Of a stretch of 64,000 nt of DNA, positions 48,550 to 58,359 are shown piece after piece. The position numbers and the translations under genes were made by a program. The DNA comes from a virus (lineage: Duplodnaviria > Caudoviricetes), in the IMG/VR virus record IMGVR_UViG_3300042013_000103, one strand, 5' to 3'. The stretch's first letter is position 1; every line of letters starts with the position of its first letter. The notes beneath the pieces were generated by a model that saw only the letters and a list, made by a program, of their open reading frames with translations, searched no databases and had not been told where the DNA came from.

Positions 48550-50295
48550 CTATGTTTGTGTACCCACAATGGTACCGTCTGTATCGCTGGTTGGAGCGCC
48601 ACTCTTTATACGTAGTCGTCCAAGAGCATCCACCCAGAGATAGTAGCCCCCTAATTTCAGAGGCTCAGGCCCATTGTAGGACGATGTAAAAGCCACAGCA
48701 CCAGTCAGGCATCTGATACCAACCCAATCCGTCCCAGCCACGTGGGTACTGCCTGTAGTCAAGCGACGCCAGCCTAGGGTAGTATACGGCGTACCATTGT
48801 TGACCAGTGCAGGTGATTCATTCAGCACCATATCGCCTTGAGTATAACTCCCCGTATTTGGGAACGTACTACCCCAACCAACATGACGGGTGGACAACAT
48901 CACACGTAACCATTGTGCTTGTGGTGATAACCAGACCTGGTCGAACTGACCATCTGTATTGCCTAAGTTCAGTTCTTTACGGAACAGTAAGTTCTTCCCG
49001 TAATAACCTGGTTTATTAGCATAGACCGATGACCAGGCACCTTCGCCGACTTCGTGAATACCCGGATCGATAGCTGAGAAACTATCACGCGTGTATGGAT
49101 CATCAATCAGTGTAGTATAGACATTGTTATTGGCAATACGTCCAGATGACTGATTGCTTGAAATGCCCGTAACTTTAAAACCAATACTGTTATCGATGGT
49201 GTAGTAACCTGATTCAGATACATTGTTCAAACCGATATCAAAACCTTTTACTTGGTCGATTGCCCCATGAATCTGGGCATCTTTCATGTCGTTATTCTTG
49301 ATCTCAAGACCAGTGATTAATGCAACGTTAATATGTGTTGAACCTATGAAAGTGCCGTCAGGTTGCTTACCTGCGCTTTCGAAGTGGCAATTCTGTACCG
49401 CCAAGTTACGCATGTTGCTAGACACGTTAGACAATGAACCTAGGGTATTACTGCCAAAACTTACATGCTCGAACTGTACATTGTCACAGATGTTCCCATC
49501 GTGCAACAACACAGCACCTTTACCAGCCATCCGTTGAATCAAACCATTATGTACTTTCAAATTGGAGCTATTCCACTCATCGCCGGCCCCAGAATTTTTC
49601 GAACCATATACCAAGCCATACTGACCTTGTGGTAAGGTAGCGCCCCCCGAGATATTGAACTTCTCAAGGTCTACGTTAAAGTAGTTGCGGATCTCGATGA
49701 TACGAGATGCAGGGTTAGCAAATGAGTCACAGGAAATACCGTACAGCTGCACTCGGTTAACTCGGTCCAAATGAATGCCACCAATTGGAACAGCGCTGTT
49801 CTGTGCGGTTACTCGGAAATTACTTAACTCAAACTGGGTAATGGGCGTATTGTCTTCAGTGCCCAATCCCAGCACGCTGAGGAAATGGCCCGTACCTGTA
49901 TAGATGATGCGATTCCGGCGAGTATGATTACCAACGATGCTAACACCACGTTGGTCAGTGATCATTGTGTAATCGATGAATAATGGACCTGCGAAGGCTA
50001 CATTGTGGAACTCCCATGGGAGCTCGATGATAAAGCCATTTGCTGCAGCGGCGATCAATGCCTTTTGGAATTTATCTGTATTGATAATACCATTATTGGC
50101 TGAACTCACTCCAAAGCGTTTGATAGATACTCGTTCATCGAGAACTGTAGCAACATCGCCACCTTCTAGTCCTGTACCCGGATAGCTCGGAAAATACCCT
50201 AGGGTAGCTGCACCTTTCGTAGTATCAGTCTTATCCCCTAAGCCGAGTAACATTGGTACGTGCTTTGCCAACTTAGTTAAAACACCGATTGACAT
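48550..50295 (-). CDS. Tailspike-like protein, beta-helix, class II anchor; low GC
   Basis: MSIGVLTKLAK; SIKRFGV....NT..FQKAL..A entry motif; N/S-rich beta-helix rungs; C-terminal YLWVDALGRLRIKSGAPTSDTDG. Confidence 0.8.
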   Translation of the reverse strand: MSIGVLTKLAKHVPMLLGLGDKTDTTKGAATLGYFPSYPGTGLEGGDVATVLDERVSIKRFGVSSANNGIINTDKFQKALIAAAANGFIIELPWEFHNVAFAGPLFIDYTMITDQRGVSIVGNHTRRNRIIYTGTGHFLSVLGLGTEDNTPITQFELSNFRVTAQNSAVPIGGIHLDRVNRVQLYGISCDSFANPASRIIEIRNYFNVDLEKFNISGGATLPQGQYGLVYGSKNSGAGDEWNSSNLKVHNGLIQRMAGKGAVLLHDGNICDNVQFEHVSFGSNTLGSLSNVSSNMRNLAVQNCHFESAGKQPDGTFIGSTHINVALITGLEIKNNDMKDAQIHGAIDQVKGFDIGLNNVSESGYYTIDNSIGFKVTGISSNQSSGRIANNNVYTTLIDDPYTRDSFSAIDPGIHEVGEGAWSSVYANKPGYYGKNLLFRKELNLGNTDGQFDQVWLSPQAQWLRVMLSTRHVGWGSTFPNTGSYTQGDMVLNESPALVNNGTPYTTLGWRRLTTGSTHVAGTDWVGIRCLTGAVAFTSSYNGPEPLKLGGYYLWVDALGRLRIKSGAPTSDTDGTIVGTQT

Positions 50296-50301
50296 AGGTT
50301 C

Positions 50302-50359
50302 ACCTCAAAATTTATCAGGGGGTTAGGGGAGGAACCTAGCCTCCCTTCCAGTTACACAA
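50302..50359. repeat. Intergenic direct repeat, copy 1 (terminator-like plus RBS)
   Basis: acctcaaaatttatcaggg..ttaggggag..tagcctccc..gttacacaa, matching 50669-50723. Confidence 0.8.
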
Positions 50360-50391
50360 CGGGCCCGAAACCCCTTAATGTGCGCTAGCCC

Positions 50392-50664
50392 TCATGGCTT
50401 AGGGTACCTGTCCTTGACAGACTGAACCAAAAGCCGCATGTCGTCCGCTTCGGTACCGCCTTTCCACAACGCATCCAGTTGATCCCGGATCGGAGGATAC
50501 GCGGCATAGCGCAACGCTTCGTAATCCGACGCCAGCACCACCGAACCTTTAACAGTAGTGGCCACTTCCACGTCCGCCTCCACCGCGCCTTCTGGCAGTC
50601 TCTCGGTGACCTCCCAATCCCCCACGCACAGCAGTTTCCCGTCCAGCAAATATACCTTAGCCAT
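50392..50664 (-). CDS. Small tail fibre assembly/chaperone-like protein
   Basis: 90 aa; Y..LR..AYPPIRDQLDALW....VK.RYPK is a common phage fibre chaperone ending; GAGG RBS. Confidence 0.7.
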   Translation of the reverse strand: MAKVYLLDGKLLCVGDWEVTERLPEGAVEADVEVATTVKGSVVLASDYEALRYAAYPPIRDQLDALWKGGTEADDMRLLVQSVKDRYPKP

Positions 50665-50668
50665 AACT

Positions 50669-50723
50669 ACCTCAAAATTTATCAGGGTTAGGGGAGATCT
50701 AGCCTCCCCCTCAGGTTACACAA
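50669..50723. repeat. Intergenic direct repeat, copy 2
   Basis: Matches 50302-50359; includes the last codons and stop of the 50716 gene. Confidence 0.8.
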
Positions 50724-53052
50724 TGACCCGGACACTGTAACGCTCAAGCGTCATTATATCGGTGCCCACCGCCAACTGACCAGTGATGGTCACCGAAGCT
50801 GTCTGAGCCGTGTCAATGGCCGAGGTGTACGGTGCGTTAGCGTTAGTACCCCCTTGCGCTTGGTTGCTTGCCGCTTCACCCAGTTGACTATTGGCGACCC
50901 CACGGTTTTGCAGTTTCTTGACAAACGCCGCCGAGGCAGTCGCAGTAGCGGTGGTCGAGAAGAAGGCACCTCCTCCCAACCGATAACGCATTGTCTTGGT
51001 GTTTGCGCTGTTGCTGTAGCTGAACACCGCCTCCACTTCGAGGATGCCATTAAGGCCCATCAGGCCAGGCGGGATCGCCACGGTGACGAACGTGTACTCC
51101 GTGGTGATCGTACCCGGGTGTGGTCGTGCTACCGCGCTGGTTTCCAGCACGATGGTCTTGGGCTCCGCACCGTAACTGCGTGCCAACTCGACCCACACCG
51201 CACCGTCAAACTGGAGGGTCAGTGTTGCCTTCGCATTCTTTGGCGTAAAATCACGTCCATCCTGCAAATAGATGCTGCCGTTACTGGCAATGGTGGTCAG
51301 GTTGTTGGAGAACGAAAGCCGCAGGACTTGTTTGGTCTTACCCCCCAGGATGTTGGTCACCGTCAATGGAGTCTGGTTGTTGAAGTTCATGTTATCGATC
51401 GAGTCTGACGCCCACGCACCACCCATGGAAATGCTTGGCGTGGTTTGACCCGCGTTGCTGAGGTAACCCCCGGCTGCATAGCGGGAGAACTGTTCGATCG
51501 CCGCATCGTTGAACTGCACCAAGGGATTCTGGTTAAATACCGCATCAGTGCATTCGAACTTTTGAATAGCAGGGGCCGGACCGTACGAACAGAAACCCGT
51601 ACCGGAGGTAGCGCCGTAGGTGCGAACCGTACGGATCAACGGACGGATAATGTGCAGGTTGGTCACCAGTTCCGCGTTATACGCCAGACCGTTGCCCATT
51701 GTGTTGAAGGTCATCCCCTCGATGGTGATGCAGTCACCGTCCTGGATGTGAATGGCGTAGCTGTCGTAAGACCCATCTTCAACCAAACCAGATCCAGTGA
51801 TGTAGTTCTGCGAGAACTTAACATTGCGCACTATATCCGTAGATAACAGACCTGGTTCATATTCACGGCTAATTTTGATGGCGTTTCTCTGACAGCCTTC
51901 AAATTGCTGTCCGATAGAAGCGAAAGAAATAACGCCGCCATCCAACCACAAACCATGTTGGTCAGCCAGCGAGGTTTGCCCGCCAATGAAGACCAGTGGA
52001 CCAAACGTCCCTTGTACGGCTCCGCGGCGACCAATACGAATACCATAACCCATTTTGTAACAATCGACGTTGGTGTAACACTTCATGTTCGTCTGACCAA
52101 ACGTCCCGTCGGTGGTGATATCCAGGCCGACCCCTGTCCACGTGCCGTCACCCGTTGCACCGCCACGGATCAATCCGTTGATGTGTGTGGTTTCCCAGGT
52201 GGTCGACTCGACGATGCCATTACCCGCAGGGTTCTGCACTTTAACCGTGTAGTTCTGCAGGAAAATGCTGCCCTGGGACCCCTGCAGGCGCAGAACGTCC
52301 GAAGTCGATGTACCACCCACGAGGTTGAAGTTCATCAGAGAGAAGTAACCGCCCATGCCGGACGGGTTCTCAATGGAGAACAACCCCTTGAGTTCCACCA
52401 GTGGGGTGGTTGACCCATTGACGTGGACAAAAGCCGTACCGGGTTCTTCCAGTGCCCCTGTCGCGTGGCCGTTGCCGTGGCCTAAAATACTGACACGGCC
52501 GGAACGACCTGGCCAATTAGGGTTGAGCGCCGCATCGTAATACAAACGCAGGGTATCGGTTAAGTACTTACGACCAGCCATAGGGCGCAGGATCGAACCT
52601 TTGCGGTTGCAGAAACACAAGGCCGCCTGCAAGGCTGTGGTATTCACCGTCCCTTGCTTAGTGTCCCAGCTATAGTTGCCCACCGCCCCGAAATATTCCG
52701 GGCGCACTTCATCCGTCAACACCCGCTTCCAGCGACCCGCCCCCGCGTTACCCGGTGGATTGACCACCATGCATCCGTCGTGGACTTCGTTACTGTTACC
52801 CTCCCAGTACCAATCCCCTTCACCCCCGTCGCCGACGGTGTAGAAACCACCGACGTAAACGACCACGGTCCGTCCTGCTGCCACCACCGGAATCGGCAAT
52901 AACAAGAGGGACGCCATGTTCATCAAGGAAACCTTGGCCGAGGCCAGGTTGACCCCAGACGGACTCCCGATTTCCCCAGCCCCGTCGCTGGTACTCAACT
53001 TAAACAGGTTGGGGGCTATTTTTGCTAACTTAGTGAGCAGACCGACGCCCAT
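50716..53052 (-). CDS. Tailspike-like protein, beta-helix, class II anchor
   Basis: Start moved to MGVGLLTKLAK (53052, GGAGG RBS); VYVGGFYTVGDGGEGDW...GRWKR head; PEYFGAVG...NTTALQAAL entry motif. Confidence 0.82.
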   Translation of the reverse strand: MGVGLLTKLAKIAPNLFKLSTSDGAGEIGSPSGVNLASAKVSLMNMASLLLLPIPVVAAGRTVVVYVGGFYTVGDGGEGDWYWEGNSNEVHDGCMVVNPPGNAGAGRWKRVLTDEVRPEYFGAVGNYSWDTKQGTVNTTALQAALCFCNRKGSILRPMAGRKYLTDTLRLYYDAALNPNWPGRSGRVSILGHGNGHATGALEEPGTAFVHVNGSTTPLVELKGLFSIENPSGMGGYFSLMNFNLVGGTSTSDVLRLQGSQGSIFLQNYTVKVQNPAGNGIVESTTWETTHINGLIRGGATGDGTWTGVGLDITTDGTFGQTNMKCYTNVDCYKMGYGIRIGRRGAVQGTFGPLVFIGGQTSLADQHGLWLDGGVISFASIGQQFEGCQRNAIKISREYEPGLLSTDIVRNVKFSQNYITGSGLVEDGSYDSYAIHIQDGDCITIEGMTFNTMGNGLAYNAELVTNLHIIRPLIRTVRTYGATSGTGFCSYGPAPAIQKFECTDAVFNQNPLVQFNDAAIEQFSRYAAGGYLSNAGQTTPSISMGGAWASDSIDNMNFNNQTPLTVTNILGGKTKQVLRLSFSNNLTTIASNGSIYLQDGRDFTPKNAKATLTLQFDGAVWVELARSYGAEPKTIVLETSAVARPHPGTITTEYTFVTVAIPPGLMGLNGILEVEAVFSYSNSANTKTMRYRLGGGAFFSTTATATASAAFVKKLQNRGVANSQLGEAASNQAQGGTNANAPYTSAIDTAQTASVTITGQLAVGTDIMTLERYSVRVIV

Positions 53053-53135
53053 ACACACCTCCAAAGTAAAGGGCCCTTATCCAGAGCCCTAGGTAATCAT
53101 TAACTGGCAACAAACCAAGGTTCCGTCCTCTACAC

Positions 53136-55631
53136 TCACATTACGTGCAGGTCACCTAAGGTGCTCGTGAAAAAGTTCCACGTGGCGTCCGGGTTAGTCG
53201 AGCCGATGGGCGTGGCCTTCAATTGATTGCTGTTGTCGATCGACCACGTGAATGACGGGAATGTAGGGCCCCCGCCCGTCAGCAACCCTGCTGCGCTCAC
53301 CTGAACCAACTGCGGCGCTAATGTGGTTGCTCCTTTGGCCACCTGAAGGATGTAGTGCGCGGTCTCTGAAGCATTCGCATCCACTTGTTTCACGGTGATA
53401 AATAGAACACCCGAGAAATTCGTAGCTGTCCCGTCCTGTGATACACATGTACCCACCACGTTACCGGACGTCGTCAGGTTCTTGGAAATCGTCTGAGCGG
53501 CGCTGTCGATCCGCTTCGACGAGTAGTCCCGTTTCATGGTGCTATTCTCGTCATGATTCCCGACACCGATGACAAAGTCGAAAGGGATACCGTTCGGCAC
53601 GTTGACCGTGTTGTAGCGGGCCCGCGCTCCTTTCGATCCTTCCGAGTCAGCAGAAATGGATATTCCGAGTACGTTCGCTACCCCTGACTTCACATAACAG
53701 CCTTCAACCAAGGCTTTGCCTTTATGTACCCGAACACCATACCCGTTGAACTGAAGGCACGTTACATCACGGATTTCCACATCCGGGAGCAGTTCAAGCC
53801 CCCCTGTAGGGGAGATGTCCCCAGTGGCGTCGGAGACGTTATTTAAAAAAGCACTGGTTACCATGACGCCAGCATTCTTGCTGCCGATGGCCGAGCAGTC
53901 TGAAATGACTGAGTTCTGCGCACCATACACAGAGAACGAGTGCGAACCAGAGGTCAGATTTCGTTCCACCACGTCCACATTACTGACGGTGATTTGTTCG
54001 TGATACCCGCCGGATGCTGCCGCAATGATCACAACCCCAGTCGCCGATCCAGCGACCGGCACATCGCCAACATTAATGGTGGATGGAAGCACTTTGATGT
54101 TTCTGGCGATGCCGCACTTGTAAAGACGGTGCGTGCCAGAAAAAGCACCAATAACCTTGGAGATGCCAGCCAGCGCATCCTCTTGGGTCTCGGCGAGTTT
54201 GATGGTGTCAGCATCAATCACGATGGCAAAATAGTAGTTAGCCCTACCAAAGCCACTGATAGCCGTATTGTTCTGCCGGGAGTAAATCAGCGGATAACCA
54301 GTGGTCAGTCCATGAGCTGTGAGAGTGAGTGCATCAGCGGCCGAGGTGGTGAAATCCCATTTACCTAAGGTGTAAGGTTCAATGCCCAGTACTTCCCGCA
54401 TGGTGTCTCTTGAAAACACCTGCATGCTTCCGTTATCAACGTTGCCATATTGCAGTGCAAAGTTCCCGCCCTTTTCACACACCAGCTTAGAGAAGCAGTT
54501 GGTCGAAGGTCGATTGTACGGGTAGAACGCACTCACCCCTAACGCGCCGCCCAGTGCCGTACCATCCGAAATGATCTTAAGATCAATAAAAAGTCCGTCT
54601 ACGTTATCAATCAAAATGCCATGTTCCGCGTGAGTGCCAATCCTCGCGATGGTGAATCCCTTAAGAACGATGTTGCTTAGGCGCCCCCCAGTAAACGGGC
54701 TGGCTATGAACAATTTTCCTGAAGATGAGAACTTACAATGGATTTCTGGGGAGTAACTATCATCGCCCAAAATGTCCATGGAGGACCATGCGCGGATAGT
54801 TTCGGTGATTAGATATTTCTTGTTCTTACCCAGCAGTATTGGAACCCCAGCCGCTTTAGCGAGAAGGAACGCGCCAGTGCAGTCTGTACCGGTTTGAGTG
54901 ACCGGATCATAGTCGCCAACAGCACCGAACAGCTCGATTGGTCGCCGAACGCCAGCAAGAACCGAATAGACCGTGGCTGGCGTTCCACCCTCTAACGGGA
55001 ACCCTACTTCCTCCGCTCCATTTGGTGACGTCAGGGTTTGACGCAGGGTGATGTCTTCGGCTTGTATCAACTTACCTTGGTCTGTTGCCCACGTGCCGGT
55101 AGTAAAGGGCAGGGCGGCGCGCACGGGACGGTAGTTGACATCCAGATACCGCACCACTTGGGTGGACCGCACCAGTTCGATGCCGGCAGAATAGGGAACT
55201 TCAGCTTCCAGCCCCAGCGACTCCAGGTAAGACAGATAGTCTTGAGTGCGTTTCTCTTTCTCGGCATCAAACAACGTGTCCAGTTGTTCGAACAGGTGAT
55301 CGTAGCGCGCATTCGTGATGACACGCATTTGCTGCCCATCGGCGTAGATTTCCGGGGTCACCAAGGTAAACTTGTGCATGGTGTCCACGGTAAAAGCGTA
55401 TTCAATCGCACCCTCCACCCACAATACCATTCCCGCAGTGGTGACCGAGGGGTCACCCGAGATGACACCGACGTCGTACTGGGTTTGACCCTGCACGAAG
55501 GTAAATGGGTAGGCGGCATTGACCTTGAGCTTGGCGGTGGCGACGGTTAGGACGTCACTGGCCATTTGGGTGAGTTCGGCGGTGCTAGCGGCAAGCTCGG
55601 TGATTTCCTGCGCCAGTTGTTCATAGGACAT
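53136..55631 (-). CDS. Tailspike-like protein, class I anchor plus Tail_spike_N-like domain plus beta-helix
   Basis: MSYEQLA; YSAG...QVVRY...Y....LPFTTGTW..D......DITLRQ; ELFGAVGD...DCTGAF entry motif; GGAGG RBS. Confidence 0.82.
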   Translation of the reverse strand: MSYEQLAQEITELAASTAELTQMASDVLTVATAKLKVNAAYPFTFVQGQTQYDVGVISGDPSVTTAGMVLWVEGAIEYAFTVDTMHKFTLVTPEIYADGQQMRVITNARYDHLFEQLDTLFDAEKEKRTQDYLSYLESLGLEAEVPYSAGIELVRSTQVVRYLDVNYRPVRAALPFTTGTWATDQGKLIQAEDITLRQTLTSPNGAEEVGFPLEGGTPATVYSVLAGVRRPIELFGAVGDYDPVTQTGTDCTGAFLLAKAAGVPILLGKNKKYLITETIRAWSSMDILGDDSYSPEIHCKFSSSGKLFIASPFTGGRLSNIVLKGFTIARIGTHAEHGILIDNVDGLFIDLKIISDGTALGGALGVSAFYPYNRPSTNCFSKLVCEKGGNFALQYGNVDNGSMQVFSRDTMREVLGIEPYTLGKWDFTTSAADALTLTAHGLTTGYPLIYSRQNNTAISGFGRANYYFAIVIDADTIKLAETQEDALAGISKVIGAFSGTHRLYKCGIARNIKVLPSTINVGDVPVAGSATGVVIIAAASGGYHEQITVSNVDVVERNLTSGSHSFSVYGAQNSVISDCSAIGSKNAGVMVTSAFLNNVSDATGDISPTGGLELLPDVEIRDVTCLQFNGYGVRVHKGKALVEGCYVKSGVANVLGISISADSEGSKGARARYNTVNVPNGIPFDFVIGVGNHDENSTMKRDYSSKRIDSAAQTISKNLTTSGNVVGTCVSQDGTATNFSGVLFITVKQVDANASETAHYILQVAKGATTLAPQLVQVSAAGLLTGGGPTFPSFTWSIDNSNQLKATPIGSTNPDATWNFFTSTLGDLHVM

Positions 55632-55654
55632 AATGCCTCCGTGTTAGCAAGGTA

Positions 55655-55676
55655 AAGCCCCCGTCACAGGGGGCTT
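55655..55676. terminator. Hairpin between tailspike genes
   Basis: AAGCCCCC-GTCACA-GGGGGCTT. Confidence 0.7.
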
Positions 55677-55685
55677 AGGTAACGA

Positions 55686-58319
55686 TTAACAAGCAAGCCA
55701 GAGCGCGCCGTCCCACACCAGGTTCAAGGCGGTTTGTGCTGCGATCGCCCGACTGGCTGTGAGGTTAGTGGTGCCCCCCGCGGGCATGGTCAGCACCGCC
55801 GTCCCGGCATTGATGATAGTCATGCGTTGCCCGGCGTGTTTACCGCCGTCCGGCGTAGCCAGGGTGTAGGGCCCGCCCGAGAGTTTCAGGGTGATGTCAC
55901 CGTACAAGGTACCGGTCGCAACGAATTGTCCTGATGCGGTCAACACTCGTGCGATGAAGTTGCTGGTGGTGCCGAGTTGACTGTTGATGTACCGGTAGGC
56001 AATCGAGGTCTGGCCACTCTTGGTCCCTTCGGTATGCCGATCCACTTCCACTTTACGGAAGGTGACCTTAAACGCATCATCAATCAACTGCCCTTCACAG
56101 ATTGCCTGTGAGGTTACCTCAGCCGGTGCCCCGATGATGCGCATATCGGCGATGTCAATGTCGGTGAACGCACTGGTGATCGACCAGCACCGCACGTTGG
56201 TCAAGGTTGGACTGACCTGCGACAAGTCAAAGGTAACAGTCCCGGTTGCGCGGCCACGACCGAACGCCAAGCCTTTGGAGTAATCCCCAGCCTCAGGTGG
56301 CATGATAAAGGTAGGGTTTTCCAGGATCAAATGATCGATCCACAACAGGTTCGATTGAGTGATAGAACTAAACTTACCACCTTTAATGGTCACCTTGTCG
56401 ATGGTACGGCCCGCAGCCCCTGAGTTGATGACCGCTTGTGAGGTCACTCCTCGTGCTTCGCAGTTGATCAACGTTACGTTGCTCGTCTCGTTGGCGTAGG
56501 TGGAAATGAACGAGAACCCCACCCGCGTTTGAGCCGCAATACAACCGTTGAACACGCCATTACGCCCGCGCATTTGGAAACCGGCACCACTGCTTTGTGG
56601 ACCCCGAACCCCTGCATGCGCCGTGCAGTTGTGGAACTCAATGGAATCCGCCAGTTCGTGCGCATCAAACGGAGCGTTGGTGCAACCCATGCCAGTGCAG
56701 TCGCTGACTTTAGTAGCATAGGTCCGACCATAGCGGTGGGTGTCCGCACTGCCTGCGACTGGAACCCGGCTGGTGCCCGTGGTGTAGCCGTGACGACAAC
56801 CCATGAAGTGGGACGCCGTGACCGCACCAAACGCACATGACTTGTCCGAGATGCCGTAGCCGTACCGAAATGTCGCTGGATCGTTGATCAACCGACGAAC
56901 CATGATCCCTTTGGCCTTGTAGCGGAAGATGCTCTGCAGGTTCATGAAAATGCCGTAACCAAATTCCGCGGTCAGGTTTTCAAACTCACAGTTCTGTCCG
57001 TTCACCACCTGCAACAGGTCGGTGTTCCAACCCGCTGCGTTCCCTGTGGCTAAGGTATCGAAGGTAAACCCATACAACCCGATCATGTCGTCAACTTGCC
57101 GACGTGCCCGTACATTGAGGGTGTAGGGATCGCGCAACAGGTGCGTGATGTACACGTCATTGCCCACCACAGCGCCCACGAAGCCAAACTCGCCGGCCCG
57201 TTGCTCAGTGTTGGCCGAACCGAACAACACGTCGTCCGCTACCACTTTGATCACATCGCCGGTGACCCACGTAGGCGTTGTCTCAAAGGACAACTTGGTG
57301 CAGCTGGTGGCCGCATCTTCGCCACTGAAGTCGTACGACGAGGGCTCGGTGGCCACCACCGGGATGATGTCGTCCAAACGACCTTTCAACGTAATGGTTG
57401 GGGCATTCGCAATCTGCAGAAACGTAACGTCACCGCCCGCGTACATCCGCAAGGCCCCGATCCGGGTCGCCCCAGAAGAACGGTAGATCCCTGGGGTGAA
57501 CAACAGTTCCTCGCCCAACGGAACGTCGGTGAACGCTTTGGCGATGGCCGGGGTCCAGTCCCAGGTGTTAGGGTCATTCGCGTCCGGACGGTCCACCACA
57601 GCATCCGAGAATTCCCAGATGTTGTACGGTTGTGCCGACAGCATTTTGCTGACGGTGCTCATGGCCGTGGCCAAGGAACTGCGGGAGAACCCTAAGACCT
57701 CGGATCCTTGGGCCGAATAAAGGAACTGACGCAAGGTGATATCTTCGGCCTGCACCAACTTACCCTGATCACCGGCCCAGGTCGTGGTAGTGAACGGCAA
57801 GGCTGTCCGCAACGGGCGGTAGTTCACTTCTTGGTACCGCACCACTTGGGTTGTCCGCACCAGGCTGATCCCAGCGGCGTAAGGCACCTCGGCCTCCAGG
57901 CCCATTGCCTCTAAGTAGTTCAGGTAATCCTGAGTGCGTTTGGTTTTCTCGACCGTGTACAGGTTGTCGAGTTGTTCAAACATGTGGTCATAGCGGGCGT
58001 TGACTATGATGCGCATCTGTTGGCCGTCAGCATACAGCTCCGGCGTCACCAGGGTAAACTTGTGCATGGTGTCAACAGTGAACGCGTATTCAATTGCGCC
58101 TTCAACCCACAGGGATAAGCCGACCGTAGTGACTGAGGGATCGCCAGAGATCACCCCGACGTCGTACTGGTCTTGTCCAGCCACGAAAGTGAACGGGTAG
58201 GAGGCGTTCACTTTGATCATGGCCGACGCCGCAGTCATGGTCGCTTTGGCTTGTTCGGTTAATTCATCATTACTGGTGGCCAGGTCCGTTACCGCCTGAG
58301 CCAATTGTGCGTACGACAT
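55686..58319 (-). CDS. Tailspike-like protein, class I anchor plus Tail_spike_N-like domain plus beta-helix
   Basis: MSYAQLA; first ~197 aa closely similar to 53136..55631; NIWEF...WDWTPAI..AF...LFTPGIY entry motif. Confidence 0.82.
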   Translation of the reverse strand: MSYAQLAQAVTDLATSNDELTEQAKATMTAASAMIKVNASYPFTFVAGQDQYDVGVISGDPSVTTVGLSLWVEGAIEYAFTVDTMHKFTLVTPELYADGQQMRIIVNARYDHMFEQLDNLYTVEKTKRTQDYLNYLEAMGLEAEVPYAAGISLVRTTQVVRYQEVNYRPLRTALPFTTTTWAGDQGKLVQAEDITLRQFLYSAQGSEVLGFSRSSLATAMSTVSKMLSAQPYNIWEFSDAVVDRPDANDPNTWDWTPAIAKAFTDVPLGEELLFTPGIYRSSGATRIGALRMYAGGDVTFLQIANAPTITLKGRLDDIIPVVATEPSSYDFSGEDAATSCTKLSFETTPTWVTGDVIKVVADDVLFGSANTEQRAGEFGFVGAVVGNDVYITHLLRDPYTLNVRARRQVDDMIGLYGFTFDTLATGNAAGWNTDLLQVVNGQNCEFENLTAEFGYGIFMNLQSIFRYKAKGIMVRRLINDPATFRYGYGISDKSCAFGAVTASHFMGCRHGYTTGTSRVPVAGSADTHRYGRTYATKVSDCTGMGCTNAPFDAHELADSIEFHNCTAHAGVRGPQSSGAGFQMRGRNGVFNGCIAAQTRVGFSFISTYANETSNVTLINCEARGVTSQAVINSGAAGRTIDKVTIKGGKFSSITQSNLLWIDHLILENPTFIMPPEAGDYSKGLAFGRGRATGTVTFDLSQVSPTLTNVRCWSITSAFTDIDIADMRIIGAPAEVTSQAICEGQLIDDAFKVTFRKVEVDRHTEGTKSGQTSIAYRYINSQLGTTSNFIARVLTASGQFVATGTLYGDITLKLSGGPYTLATPDGGKHAGQRMTIINAGTAVLTMPAGGTTNLTASRAIAAQTALNLVWDGALWLAC

Positions 58320-58359
58320 GAAACCTCCGAGGTTTTCAGTTGGCGTCGGCAGAACTTAA

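Noticed and set aside
48536-48602. Apparent overlap of ORFs 46707..48602 and 48550..50295
   Set aside because: Artefact of an upstream start call; the RBS-supported start at 48536 matches the class II anchor and removes the overlap.
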